Shown here: piece by piece, positions 52,501 to 61,455 of the stretch
Layout of the letters: each line of letters starts with the position of its first letter
Numbering within the stretch: the stretch's first letter is position 1
Source: Coleofasciculus sp. B1-GNL1-01
Lineage (GTDB): Bacteria; Cyanobacteriota; Cyanobacteriia; Cyanobacteriales; Coleofasciculaceae
Assembly: GCA_040220235.1 (NCBI GenBank)
Contig: JAVJTO010000060.1
DNA: 64,000 nucleotides
Strand: one strand, 5' to 3'
Notes under the pieces: model-generated
The model's input: the letters and a program-made list of their open reading frames with translations, nothing else
Database searches by the model: none
Told to the model about the DNA's origin: nothing
Position numbers and translations under genes: made by a program

Positions 52501-52627
52501 TTAAAATTGAGATTGATTCTAATCCGGCTTGCAGGTTTTTCCAAAACTCTTCAAGGTTTTTCGCTCCAGGAAAACGACCTGCCATACCGATAATGGCTAT
52601 TTCTTCCACTGTTCCGTAAGCTTCCAT
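46598..52627 (-). CDS. PKS module KS-AT(malonyl)-KR(atypical)-ACP with C-terminal epimerisation domain
   Basis: QTACSTS, GHSIG/HAFH, GGLGGIG, GGDSL, then PLTPTQHWFF, HHLLVD, SRTVGWFT, QGIGYG, YTPSDF. Confidence 0.92.
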   Translation of the reverse strand: MEAYGTVEEIAIIGMAGRFPGAKNLEEFWKNLQAGLESISILTDAELIASGIDQAVLNKLNYVKTGAIVEDVELFDASFFDFNPKEAETTDPQHRLFLECAWEALEKAGYDSQRCKSRIGVYAGASLNNYLSFDVNHDKVGSAKCYQTLIGNDKDFLTTRVSYKLNLTGPSITVQTACSTSLVATTLACQSLLNYQCDMALVGGVSIRVPQKTGYLYEEGGTLSPDGHCRAFDAKAQGIIIGNGVGVVVLKRLADAIADGDCIQAVIKGAAINNDGSLKVGYTAPSVNGQAEAIAEAMMLARVEPETINYIEAHGTGTALGDPIEIAALTNVFRANTEKKGFCAIGSVKTNIGHLDAAAGIAGLIKTVLALQHQSIPPSLNFNEPNPQIDFANSPFYVNTTLTEWKAGLTPRRAGVSSLGIGGTNAHLVLEEAPVLPPSSPSRPWQLLLLCAKTESALETATENLAQHLRQNPHLKLGDVAYTLQVGRREFNHRRMLVGQTIDDTVKLLESLEPQQVLTHYQEPGDRPVVFMFPGQGTQYVDMGKELYQSEPQFQQQVDYCCEVLKPHLGLDLRSQIYPNESEALAAAKTLKQTDITQPALFVIEYALAQLWMSWGISPQAMIGHSIGEYVAACLAGVMSLEEALALVATRGRLMQQLPTGAMLSIPRSQTEINTLLSEGLSLAATNDPASCVVSGSHELIDAFQEKLAAKGIDCGRLHTSHAFHSSMMDSILESYKEQVKKVKLNPPNIPFISNVTGQWITATEATDPNYWARHLRQTVKFSAGITHLLCEPNHIFLEVGAGRTLSTLVKKHFNRADEPMILSSLRHPKQEYSDVKFLLSTLGKLWLRGVPVDWSGFYASEYRHRLPLPTYPFERQRYWIEPQKKSRDSASADYKKPDIADWFYVPVWKQAITPIREQIEPKKYWLVFVDTGQIGSQIVKHLELGNQDVITVVPGERFSKLGEGKYTINPQQPNDYDTLLEDLQLLDQVPDEIIHLWSLTPNEQRQSGIEFFESCQNLGFYSLLFLAQAIGKQDITSSINILVVTNDIHDLTGVERLTPEKATVLGMGKVIPQEFPNITCRSIDVDLPASGTSQENQLIDKLIAELTAKASELVVAHRGHHRWVQTFEPVHLDEKVDGSKTQLREGGVYLITGGLGGIGLEFAQYLAQTVRAKLILLGRSAFPSRDEWETWLTTHDEQDPVSRKIQKLQVLEDVGAEVLVLSADVASESQMQAAIAQSLERFGQIDGVIHAAGLKLLSTIRELNRIESDQQLRANGHGLFVLEKVLQGIELDFCLLISSISSVVGVLGMAAYPAAHLFTDAFVYKHNQENSVRWISVNWDNWLTRELAEQLTTRPEISTELFMTPEEGLEVFKRVLSLDTVTQVVTSTVDINARIEQWTKGKSVDDNQINSPSLYSRPSLQSTYIAPRNEVEQTLANIWQEILGIEQIGIYDNFLELGGDSLLSIQITARANKMNLRLTNQQIFEYPTIAELAEVASKTETILAEQGIIQGRVPLTPTQHWFFEQNRLDAHHWNQAILLEVQQPLNLERLEQVVQHLLIHHDALRLRFLPEESSWKQVNASPNGVVPFSKIDLSALSPELQEQAFEAAASELQGSFNLGSEPLVRVAFFDLGLHKPSRLLFIIHHLLVDVGSWRILLEDLETAYQQLSQGQAIQLAPKTTSFKQWAERLTEYAQSTELQREQVYWLAASREWVSPLPVDDPRGDNTVASVQTVSVSLSVEETQTLLETVSAAYRVQIEDVLLAALAQAFAKWTGVRSALLPRGDAKGERSSASLSLLVDLEGNGRDVIFDCVDVSRTVGWFTTIAPVLLDIGEEAQPQEALKQVKEQLRNFPNQGIGYGALRYLNEDEIITEQLRSLPEAEVLFLYLGQFDQTLPESSLFEMSQQFSGSTCSPRAKRSHLFEINGSIAQSQLRVDWSYSGNVHQRETVEGLSQEFVGVLRSLITSCQSSSVENYTPSDFAQFKSSQWNQADLDNILAAINQSEELDAP
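47239..47300 (+). mobile_element. Small dispersed repeat (SDR5-like, probably nested), 54-bp in-frame insertion into a HIP1 site
   Basis: Removing 47241-47294 restores GCGATCGC and the E-domain text WTGVRSLLVDLEG; internal hairpin TCTCCC-CTT-GGGAGA. Confidence 0.75.
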
Positions 52628-52686
52628 ACTCTCTTTTTCTTATTTATCGGGTTGAGCCAATCAACGATTTTTCTGGAATTAACGTT

Positions 52687-53553
52687 TTACTTAAGGTAAC
52701 TCAAAGTAGTCAAAATTCGTCTTCTCGTATCTTTAAAGGCTCTACGACCATGCAAAAATCTTGAATTATCAATCATAGCTAGGTCACCGGATTGCCACGG
52801 TATCCTTTCCGTTAACCTATTCATGATTTCCTTAATTCCATTGATAACTGTCTCAGGAATCGGTGAACCATCTTCAAATGTTACGACTCCCCTGGGATTT
52901 TTATACTCTGAAATTAAGCTATTCGCAAATGCCTCATGATTCCCATATTTAGTTTTTACCACAGCCGAGCAAACATAGTCAAGAGAAACGGATTGATCGC
53001 GGTTAATCTGATAACTTACTCCCTCAAGACCATCAAGAGTCCTCTTTACATCAACAAGCGTAGAGCCTGTTCCTAGAAAATGTCTCCAAGCGGCAGCAGG
53101 GAATTTTTGAAAAAACCTTATTTTCTTGTCAATAAACAACGTCCTTAACTCTTCCCTCATTTCCTGCCACACCCGCACGCCATCCCAAACCAGTGTTTCA
53201 CCCCCTTGTGCTACGGGTACGACACAGCAAAACCAAATAACATCGGGTCGAAAGGGAGAATTAGCGTGTTCACAGTGGGGACTAATGTAATGGGTTCCTC
53301 CATCTACCAAACCAACAAACCCATCTCTAGAATCAACACGTCTTCTCGTTTCATCTCGAACAAATCTAGAACTAAATTGTTCGGCAAAGGCTTTCATTTT
53401 TTGAGCGTCAACCTCAAATCCTCGAAACAGAATGAATCCACAGGACTTAAACTCTTCTAGGATTTGTGCGGTTGAGAGTCCCAAAAGCCCCAGATTATGC
53501 TCATTTTTGATGATTTTAGTCTCTTGGGTCTTTAAGAATGAAGATTGAATCAT
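52687..53553 (-). CDS. Stand-alone TauD/TfdA-family Fe(II)/2OG dioxygenase
   Basis: GFILFRGF, HCE facial-triad motif, GGET, WQSGDLAMIDNSRFLHGR. Confidence 0.9.
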   Translation of the reverse strand: MIQSSFLKTQETKIIKNEHNLGLLGLSTAQILEEFKSCGFILFRGFEVDAQKMKAFAEQFSSRFVRDETRRRVDSRDGFVGLVDGGTHYISPHCEHANSPFRPDVIWFCCVVPVAQGGETLVWDGVRVWQEMREELRTLFIDKKIRFFQKFPAAAWRHFLGTGSTLVDVKRTLDGLEGVSYQINRDQSVSLDYVCSAVVKTKYGNHEAFANSLISEYKNPRGVVTFEDGSPIPETVINGIKEIMNRLTERIPWQSGDLAMIDNSRFLHGRRAFKDTRRRILTTLSYLK

Positions 53554-53592
53554 GGCAAATTTTCTTTAGTATCAGGGTTTGGGCTTCAGATT

Positions 53593-56500
53593 TCATCTGT
53601 GAAAGGGTTTACGTCGCTGGCTGACTTCTAGTTGCTTCTGAACTCGGTCGCGCATTGCCCCAAAAAAAGGCTGTTGCTTTTGCTTTTGGCTTAAGTATTG
53701 CACCAATGTTTTGATCGTTGGATTTTGGAACATTTCTATAATTGACAAATTCCAGTTAAAACGCTCCCGGAGTTGGCTGTGAACCTGAATGATTAACAAG
53801 GAATGACCGCCGAGGTCAAAGAAATTGTCATTAATGCCCACTTTTTCCAGGTGTAATACGTCTCGCCAAATCGTCGCGATCGCACGTTCCACTTCCGAAC
53901 GAGGCGCCTCATAAGTCGCTGTCAACATTGGGCGTAAACCTTCAGACGCAGGCAAGGCATGGCGATCGACTTTGCCATTGGGCAAGAGCGGTAGAGCCTC
54001 CAGCAAGACGAATATAGAAGGCACCATATAATCAGGCAGCCATTCCTTGAGATAGCTTCGCAGTTCGTCCGTTGTAGGAGTGTCAGCACTATTGGAAACG
54101 ACATAGGCTACCAGTTGCATTGCATCACTGTCCTCCTCCTGTGCGAGAACCACGACTTCTCGCACCCTTGGATGTTTAACCAATACCGCCTCAACTTCTC
54201 CGAGTTCGATGCGGAAGCCGCGAATCTTCACTTGGTTGTCAATACGTCCGAGAAATTCGATCGTTCCATCGGGTAAGTAGCGAGCTAAATCACCAGTTTT
54301 GTACAGACGATTGAATTTTGAATGTTCAAAGGGGTTCGGAATAAACTTCTCGGCTGTCAACTCCGGACGGTTGAGATAACCTCGCGCCAAACCAATACCG
54401 CCAATGTGCAACTCACCGGGAACTCCAACGGGAACAGGCTGTAAGTGCTGATCCAGTAAATAAATTTGGGTGTTGGCAATGGGACGACCAATCGGCACAA
54501 TTCGCTCTTTGCTACCCGGCTGGCAAACCCAGAAGGTAACATCAATTGCGGCTTCCGTTGGTCCGTAAAGATTATGCAGTTCTGCATTCAGACGAGCAAA
54601 GAATCGTTCTTGCAGGTCAACCGAGAGTGTTTCGCCACTACAAATAACCCGCTTGATGCTACTACAGGCATTCAGAGAGGGTTCCTCTAGAAAGAGTTGC
54701 AACATTGAGGGAACAAAGTGCAGGGTAGTGATTTGCTCTTTGGCAATGAGTTCGACAAGATAAGTACTATCTCGATGACCTTCGGGCTTTGCTAACACTA
54801 GATGAGCACCTACAATCAGGGGCCAGAAGAATTCCCAAACCGACACATCAAAACTGAACGGTGTCTTCTGTAAAACCCTGTCTGTGGCTGTTAATGGATA
54901 GGTATCCTGCATCCACAGCAAGCGGTTACATAAGCCTTGGTGGGTATTCATCGCCCCTTTCGGTTGACCCGTGGAGCCAGAGGTATAAATAAGATATGCT
55001 AGGTTTTCAAGGGTTATACCACTGCTCGGATTGTCCTGACTCTGATGAGCTAGCACTTGCCCGTCGGCATCTAGGCACACCACCTTAGCGTTGTGTTGAG
55101 GCAGTACGTTCGCGAACTTGGTTTGAGTTAGGAGTACGGACAGGCAAGCATCTTCCAGCATGAACGCTAGACGCTCTTGAGGATAGGTGGGGTCTAATGG
55201 TACATAAGCTCCTCCAGCTTTGAGAATACCTAAGAGTCCAATCACCATTTCCAGCGATCGCTCCACGCATATTCCCACCAGTACCTCTGGTGCCATGCCC
55301 AGCTTTTGCAGATAGTGCGCCAACTGATTTGCGCGGTTGTTTAACTCTCGGTAAGTCAGTTGCTGGTTCTCAAAAACTACAGCAGTTGCATCTGGTGTTC
55401 GCTTTACTTGAGCTTCAAAAAGCTGATGGATACAGAAATCTTTGGGATATTCTGTCTGTGTATCATTCCAAACCACGAGCTGTTGATGCTGCTCTGCTTT
55501 TGACAAGAGGGGCAAGTCCGAAAGGCGTTGGTCGGGATTGGCGACAATACCCTCTAATAAGTTACTAAAATGTCCCAGCATCCGGGTAATTGTGGCATTC
55601 TCAAATAAATCAGTATTGTACTCAAAGGAAGCAGTCAATTCTCCGGGTTTGATTTCAACAAACAGGCTTAAATCAAACTGCGAGGTCAGGCTTTCTACCT
55701 TTAACTGGTTTAAGGTTAACCCCGGAATTTCCTCAAGTTGTGGAGCATTCTGGAGAGTAAAAGATACTTGGAATAGAGGATTATAACTAACATCCCGCTG
55801 GGGTCGAAGTGTCTCCACCAACTGCTCGAATGGTAAATCATGATGAGTATAAGCCCCCAGTGCCACCTGACGTACCCTACCCAGCAGTTCTCGAAAACTG
55901 GGGTTTCCTCCTAAGTTAGTACGCAATACTAAGGTGTTGACAAAAAAACCAATCAGCTCTTTGAGTTCGCTGTGATTGCGGTTAGCAATGGGTGAGCCTA
56001 CAGGAATGTCATTTTGCCCTGTGTAGCGGTAGAGAAAAGTCTGAAATGTCGCTAACAGCACCATAAATAGGGTGACACCCTCTTGACGCGAGAGCGCCTT
56101 CAGCTTATCAGTTAGGGTTTGGGGTAACTCTAAAGATTGGCTTGCACCCCGAAAAGTCTGAACTGCCGGTCGTGGATGGTCTGTAGGCAGTTGCAAAACA
56201 GCGGGAACACCTTCTAGTTGTTGTTTCCAATAGTTAAGCTGGGTTTCTAGCTGCTCTCCCTGAAGCCATTGCCGTTGCCAGTAAACAAAGTCTTTATACT
56301 GAATGGACAGTTCAGGTAAAGGCAAAGAACTTTCGGTCAAAAATGCTTTGTAAAGCGTTACCATCTCCTGAATGAACACCTCTGCCGACAATCCATCCAA
56401 AATAATGTGATGCATGGTTAGCAGAAGCCTGTATTTTTGTTGACCTAAACGCACGAGTTTGGCACGCAGTAGCGGTCCGTGGGTTAGGTCAAAAGGTTGC

Positions 56501-58962
56501 TGACTCTCTTGAGTCGCGACCCGCTGTGCCTCAGACTCACGCTCTAATTCCGGAAGTTCTTGGTAATCAACGACCGACAGAATTACCCTTAAAGAAGGAG
56601 CGATAATTTGAACGGGTTGACCATTGACGATAGAAAAGGTAGTTCGTAGAATCTCGTGACGACGCACAATTTCATTAAGGCTGCGTTCTAATAACGTCAC
56701 CTTTAGCGAACCTTCTAAGCGAATGGCAAATGAAATATTGTAAGCCGGATTACCAGGCTCTAATTGGTCAATAACCCACAGCCTCTGCTGGGCAAAAGAG
56801 AGAGGATGAATATTAGTGGCTGTCGTGGCTTTTTCAAGGGGAAGTGATGGTATACAATCGGCAGATTTCAGTTGTTCTAGTATCTTGATCGCCCATTGGG
56901 TAATACTTGATCCTTCAAAAAAGTCCCCTATCGATACCGTTACTTCCAGGTCAACTTCAATTCGATTTTTTAACTCGAAGACTCTTAAAGAATCCAATCC
57001 TAAACTGCTTAAGGAGTGCTGGAGGTTGATTTTAGACGGTATTATTTGCATCACCTGAGCCACCAACTTCTGAAGATAAGATTCTAGAAGTAACTGACCC
57101 TCACCCGGTGGAAGAGATAGGAGAGCATCGCGATTAAGACTAGGAATTGTTTCTACAAAACCAGCAACGTTCAGGATACTACGTTCTATGACAATCAGAT
57201 TGCCTGCCAAGAACTTAGCTTTACAAGCACGACGTTGAATCTTACCACTAGACGTCTTGGGTATACTCCCAGGTTTAATTAAAACCACTCCATAAACTTG
57301 CACTTCATGGTCTTCAGTCACAGCCTGACGAATGGCGGCGGTTACTTCCTCAATATTAGGTTTGGCGCGAAACTCCAGTTCTTGAACCACAACCAATCGT
57401 TCTTCATTGTCAACCTCTACCGTAAACGCTGCACCACTTCCTGTTCTCAGGGACGGATGACTACGTTCTACTGTCCGTTCAATATCCTGGGGGTAAAGAT
57501 TACGACCGCGAATAATAATTAAATCCTTCAATCGACCCGTAATAAAGAGTTCCCCATTCTGCAAAAACCCCAAGTCTCCTGTCCGCAAAAAAGGTCCTTG
57601 ACCTGTATCGGATAAATAGGCGCGGAATGTTTTTTCGGTCTCTTCCCGTTGATGCCAATAACCATAACCGATACTGGCACCGGATACCCAGATTTCACCA
57701 ATCTCATTGGGTAGACATTGGGTGAATGTTTCAGGATGAACAATACGAATTGTCTGATCCGGTAGGGTTTGACCGCAACCGACTAAAGCGTAAATTGTTT
57801 TATTTTGATGCTCGGTGCTGGCTTCAATCGCTTGATTGCGTTCTAGCGCATCTCCTTGAATCGTTTTGAACACGGGTGGAGCTGTTTTTCGACCCCCAGA
57901 TACCATCAAACTTGCTTCTGCCATTCCATAACAGGGATAGAAGGCTTCCGGACGAAAGCCGCAGGGGGCAAATTTGGTACAGAATTTCTCCAAAGTCTCT
58001 TGTCGGATAGGTTCAGCACCATTAAACGCAACATCCCAGCAACTTAAATCTAGGGTTTCTAGCTGCTCTGGCGTAATTCTTTGCAGACATAATTCATAGG
58101 CAAAATTGGGTCCACCACTGGTTGTACCTTGGTAACGGGAAATGGCTTGCAACCAACGGTAAGGACGTTGGAGAAATGCCGCCGGAGGCATTAAAATGCA
58201 AGGAAATCCCCCATACAAGGGTTGCAAAATTCCCCCAATTAATCCCATGTCATGGTACGTCGGCAACCACGACACAAATTTACTCTGAGGCGAATGTTCC
58301 ATGAGACGGTACGTCATGGCGGCATTGTGTAGCAGGTTACCATGACTGAGCATGACTCCCTTGGGTGTCCCAGTAGACCCTGATGTATATTGCAAAAAGG
58401 CTAATGTATCTGTGGTTATTGAAGGCTCTTGCCAACGTTCTTCTAGTCCATTCCCCAGACTATCTGTTGTCAGCCACTGTAAATCCCCAAGGGCAGTTTT
58501 TTCAGCAAGTAGAGATTGCACCTTAGATAAGGTTGCTGTTGTCGTCAGAGCGATCGCGGCTTGAGCGTTTGCCACAACTGCCTGTATCCTGGGCATATTC
58601 CGTTGGTTGCGAGGTGGATAAGCCGGAACTGCAACCACCCCAGCATACAGACACCCAAAAAATGCTGCCAGATACTCTAACCCGGGTGGATACAGCAATA
58701 GGGCGCACTCACCACTTAAACCTAACGCCTGAAGTTGAGAAGCGATCGCTCTTGCCTGCCGATCTAACTCTCCATAGGTTAAGCGATCGCCTTCGGTTTC
58801 GCCATCGGGTAAAAAGGTGAAAGCTAATTGGTTCGGTTGGTGTAGCGTTCGTTGACGCAGCAGATCCACCCAGGTTGAACCATTCAATAGGATTTCTGGA
58901 CAAAGGCTTGAAGATTGGATGCGTTTACTTTGCATACTCGGTGCAACCCTGAACTTTTGCAT
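53593..58962 (-). CDS. Starter: fatty acyl-AMP ligase-ACP-C-A(Ser)-T
   Basis: FAAL motifs AFLQYTSGSTG, WLPTYHDMGLIG, YGMAEA, KTSSGKIQR; LGLDSL; HHIILDG; code DVWHISLIDK; GGHSL. Confidence 0.94.
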   Translation of the reverse strand: MQKFRVAPSMQSKRIQSSSLCPEILLNGSTWVDLLRQRTLHQPNQLAFTFLPDGETEGDRLTYGELDRQARAIASQLQALGLSGECALLLYPPGLEYLAAFFGCLYAGVVAVPAYPPRNQRNMPRIQAVVANAQAAIALTTTATLSKVQSLLAEKTALGDLQWLTTDSLGNGLEERWQEPSITTDTLAFLQYTSGSTGTPKGVMLSHGNLLHNAAMTYRLMEHSPQSKFVSWLPTYHDMGLIGGILQPLYGGFPCILMPPAAFLQRPYRWLQAISRYQGTTSGGPNFAYELCLQRITPEQLETLDLSCWDVAFNGAEPIRQETLEKFCTKFAPCGFRPEAFYPCYGMAEASLMVSGGRKTAPPVFKTIQGDALERNQAIEASTEHQNKTIYALVGCGQTLPDQTIRIVHPETFTQCLPNEIGEIWVSGASIGYGYWHQREETEKTFRAYLSDTGQGPFLRTGDLGFLQNGELFITGRLKDLIIIRGRNLYPQDIERTVERSHPSLRTGSGAAFTVEVDNEERLVVVQELEFRAKPNIEEVTAAIRQAVTEDHEVQVYGVVLIKPGSIPKTSSGKIQRRACKAKFLAGNLIVIERSILNVAGFVETIPSLNRDALLSLPPGEGQLLLESYLQKLVAQVMQIIPSKINLQHSLSSLGLDSLRVFELKNRIEVDLEVTVSIGDFFEGSSITQWAIKILEQLKSADCIPSLPLEKATTATNIHPLSFAQQRLWVIDQLEPGNPAYNISFAIRLEGSLKVTLLERSLNEIVRRHEILRTTFSIVNGQPVQIIAPSLRVILSVVDYQELPELERESEAQRVATQESQQPFDLTHGPLLRAKLVRLGQQKYRLLLTMHHIILDGLSAEVFIQEMVTLYKAFLTESSLPLPELSIQYKDFVYWQRQWLQGEQLETQLNYWKQQLEGVPAVLQLPTDHPRPAVQTFRGASQSLELPQTLTDKLKALSRQEGVTLFMVLLATFQTFLYRYTGQNDIPVGSPIANRNHSELKELIGFFVNTLVLRTNLGGNPSFRELLGRVRQVALGAYTHHDLPFEQLVETLRPQRDVSYNPLFQVSFTLQNAPQLEEIPGLTLNQLKVESLTSQFDLSLFVEIKPGELTASFEYNTDLFENATITRMLGHFSNLLEGIVANPDQRLSDLPLLSKAEQHQQLVVWNDTQTEYPKDFCIHQLFEAQVKRTPDATAVVFENQQLTYRELNNRANQLAHYLQKLGMAPEVLVGICVERSLEMVIGLLGILKAGGAYVPLDPTYPQERLAFMLEDACLSVLLTQTKFANVLPQHNAKVVCLDADGQVLAHQSQDNPSSGITLENLAYLIYTSGSTGQPKGAMNTHQGLCNRLLWMQDTYPLTATDRVLQKTPFSFDVSVWEFFWPLIVGAHLVLAKPEGHRDSTYLVELIAKEQITTLHFVPSMLQLFLEEPSLNACSSIKRVICSGETLSVDLQERFFARLNAELHNLYGPTEAAIDVTFWVCQPGSKERIVPIGRPIANTQIYLLDQHLQPVPVGVPGELHIGGIGLARGYLNRPELTAEKFIPNPFEHSKFNRLYKTGDLARYLPDGTIEFLGRIDNQVKIRGFRIELGEVEAVLVKHPRVREVVVLAQEEDSDAMQLVAYVVSNSADTPTTDELRSYLKEWLPDYMVPSIFVLLEALPLLPNGKVDRHALPASEGLRPMLTATYEAPRSEVERAIATIWRDVLHLEKVGINDNFFDLGGHSLLIIQVHSQLRERFNWNLSIIEMFQNPTIKTLVQYLSQKQKQQPFFGAMRDRVQKQLEVSQRRKPFHR

Positions 58963-59185
58963 CTGACGATTTCAGCGATATCAAATCCCGTCAAACTCGA
59001 TACCATCGGTTTGGTCATTTCAATACGGATTACTCGCTGTGGTGATCAAGACAAGAGCTTATCCAAAGGCTCTGGTTTGACCATCTCACCTGATAGCCGT
59101 GCCAACACAAGACGTTATGCTGCACTGTACGGCTATGGCGTTTTTCCACCCGCTTATTGATATCTATTTTTAATTAACCTCTGTT

Positions 59186-59238
59186 AAGGTACAGCAGGTT
59201 TCTCAATCTCGTCAAGCCTTAATCGAAAATATTTTTCA
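59186..59238 (-). promoter_or_regulatory. Candidate sigma70 promoter of the biosynthetic operon with adjacent Fur-like box
   Basis: TTGACG (59215-59210), 18 nt, TACCTT (59191-59186); CGAAAAT-A-TTTTTCA at 59224-59238 matches 10/14 of TGATAAT-N-ATTATCA. Confidence 0.4.
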
Positions 59239-59375
59239 TTTATTTATGCCTTCCCTAGTCTGTCCCAATCTTGCCCAGGGGACTAAAAAGACCCAAAGCC
59301 TTATCTATAGAGGGTTTCGGCAGAATTATAATCCTGTCCGATCACCATCCTTATCAAATCTTCATAATATTTCTC

Positions 59376-59433
59376 TTGACAGGGGCAACAGCGCCAGTTT
59401 AGGTTTAGCTCTTGCTGATGCAAATAGTTATCA
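59376..59433 (+). promoter_or_regulatory. Candidate sigma70 promoter and Fur box for the fhuF-like/MFS/acylase operon
   Basis: TTGACA (59376-59381), 18 nt, TAGGTT; TGCAAAT-A-GTTATCA at 59419-59433 matches 11/14 of the Fur 7-1-7 consensus. Confidence 0.55.
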
Positions 59434-59479
59434 ATAAATTAGATGGCGCGATCGCGCAATTGGGTGTGTAAGGAGAGAA

Positions 59480-60079
59480 ATGAAGCGAACGAAATTACTG
59501 CCGTACTTACAAGGGTTCAGCGCTATTATCGTCAACAATGATGTTCGGACTAGACCTGAGCCGCTATGAATTCACCGAACAGCGTGATCTATGCTCCCCG
59601 GTTTCCTACCCCTATCCCGGAAGACTACACAGGCAAATTAGTGAGTAGCGTGGACGAACTGCATCGAGCGGTATTCACAGGTTTATTTCACAACCACTTA
59701 GCAGTAGTCATTGAGCGGGTGAACGCCCTAACGAAGCTATCAAAAAGTGTGATGTGGGGTAAATGCTGCTAGCGCCTGTGCTATTTTGTATAACTGGCTT
59801 GCCCCATGTCCTAATACAGACGTGCAAAGAACCAGCGATCGCAGCGCTCTGCTGGAGAACAAATCAAGTCCTGTGATGCCCCATCGAAATCCCCTCTACA
59901 AGCTGATGCGCTCTGAGAAACTCAGCCAACCCGATTTACCTGCCGAAGTAACCATTAGAGGAACCTGCTGCCTAATGTTCCGAATGCCACCAAAATTCCA
60001 TGCCTGTGAAAGTTGCCCTCTGCTTAAAACACAAGAGCGGGTTGAGCTAATTAGACAAACAATGGCTAAGGCTGATTAG
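59480..60079 (+). pseudogene. fhuF: FhuF-like ferric-siderophore reductase, frameshifted and short at the 5' end
   Basis: C-terminal RGTCC-x10-C-x2-CP motif; deleting one A at 59761-59763 joins the two ORFs as MWGNAASACAILYNW; upstream frames are closed. Confidence 0.75.
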
Positions 60080-60113
60080 ATGTCTTGCGTTTATTTAGGA
60101 ACAGAGAATAGCC

Positions 60114-61442
60114 ATGAACTCACAGCATCGACCGAACAGCCTACGCACATTTACTATCGTTTGGATTGGGCAAGTCGCCTCAATCCTGGGTTCCAAAATG
60201 ACGAACTTTGCTGTGCTCATCTGGATGTGGCAACTGACTGGCGAGGTAACACCCCTGTCCTTACTCGCCTTTTTTAACCAAATCCCCATCCTCATCGCTG
60301 CTGCCTTCGCTGGAGTCATTATTGACTACTGGAATCGCAAGCTGATGATGATTGTCGGAGATGTCATGGCAGGACTGTCCACAGTTATTATTTTTGTGCT
60401 ATTCCTAACTGGCAATCTGGCAATTTGGCATCTTTACCTGACAGGTGCTGTCAATGGGTTGTTTGGCTACCTCCAGGAACTGGCGTTCTCGGCATCCCAA
60501 GCCCTAATTGTTCCAAAGCAGCATTACGTCAGAGTTGGTGCTATGGGTTCAATGAAGACCTTTGGCTCTGGTGTCCTCGCCCCAGCGCTGGCAGGCGTAC
60601 TCTACTACATCATTGGTCTTTCCGGCATTTTGATCATTGACTTCATTACCTTCCTGATTGCCATCGGCACGCTAACCCTCGTAAAAATTCCTCAACCCAA
60701 ACCAAGTGAAGTGAACCAAGCCAGCACTGGCAAACGTTGGCAGCAATTGACGTTGGGTTTCCGTTACCTGTTTAACCGTCCTAGTCTCATTGCTCTCCAA
60801 CTCTTTGCCCTGAGTTATATCTTCGTTGATACAGCATCTGAGGTTGTTGCACCGATGATGTTAGCTCGCAGTGGCAATAATACGGCGGTACTCGGTAGCG
60901 TCCAAGGAGCCGTTGGACTTGGTGGTTTAATCGGGGCAATTTTGCTAAGTCTTTGGGGAGGACCCAAGCGTCGCATCCAGGGTCTGTTAATCGGTAGAGC
61001 GTTAGTCTTTGGCGGTGAAATGTTCCTGGGTTTAGGGCGTTTGCCCTCTATTTGGATGGGAGCCAACTTTGGCGCAGGTTTATTTAAACCCTTAGCCAAT
61101 AGCTGTGAAAGTGCTATCTGGCTGTCTAAAGTGGAACCGAACGTGCAGGGACGAGTGTTTGCTGCCAGTTCTTTTCTCGAAGGAATCATCTCACCACTAG
61201 GGCTATTGATAGCTGGTCCCTTAGCCGACTATGTTTTTGAGCCAGCGATGATGCCCGGGGGTAGTCTCGCTCCCATCTTGGGGAATGTGTTTGGTACGGG
61301 TGCAGGTAGTGGGATGGCACTTCAACTGACCCTCTTCTCGTTTATTGTCGTCCTTATCTGTCTGGGTAGTTATGCTTTTCCAGTGTTGCGAGATATAGAA
61401 GATAGTTTACCCGATCATGATGTCGAGGCGAAGTCGGCATAA
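60114..61442 (+). CDS. MFS transporter (DHA3/MefA-like), probable product exporter
   Basis: FTIVWIGQVASILGS, GVIIDYWNRK motif A, QGRVFA, about 12 hydrophobic segments. Confidence 0.9.
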   Translation: MNSQHRPNSLRTFTIVWIGQVASILGSKMTNFAVLIWMWQLTGEVTPLSLLAFFNQIPILIAAAFAGVIIDYWNRKLMMIVGDVMAGLSTVIIFVLFLTGNLAIWHLYLTGAVNGLFGYLQELAFSASQALIVPKQHYVRVGAMGSMKTFGSGVLAPALAGVLYYIIGLSGILIIDFITFLIAIGTLTLVKIPQPKPSEVNQASTGKRWQQLTLGFRYLFNRPSLIALQLFALSYIFVDTASEVVAPMMLARSGNNTAVLGSVQGAVGLGGLIGAILLSLWGGPKRRIQGLLIGRALVFGGEMFLGLGRLPSIWMGANFGAGLFKPLANSCESAIWLSKVEPNVQGRVFAASSFLEGIISPLGLLIAGPLADYVFEPAMMPGGSLAPILGNVFGTGAGSGMALQLTLFSFIVVLICLGSYAFPVLRDIEDSLPDHDVEAKSA

Positions 61443-61455
61443 TTGCTTTTTCTAA

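Noticed and set aside
1704..58820. Many short plus-strand and alternate-frame ORFs (60-144 aa) in the ORF track
   Set aside because: They are shadows of long motif-rich genes; the similar ones at 9391 and 19822 merely reflect the DNA repeat
58915..59437. ORFs 58915..59160 and 59246..59437
   Set aside because: No recognisable motifs, and they overlap the predicted divergent promoter region
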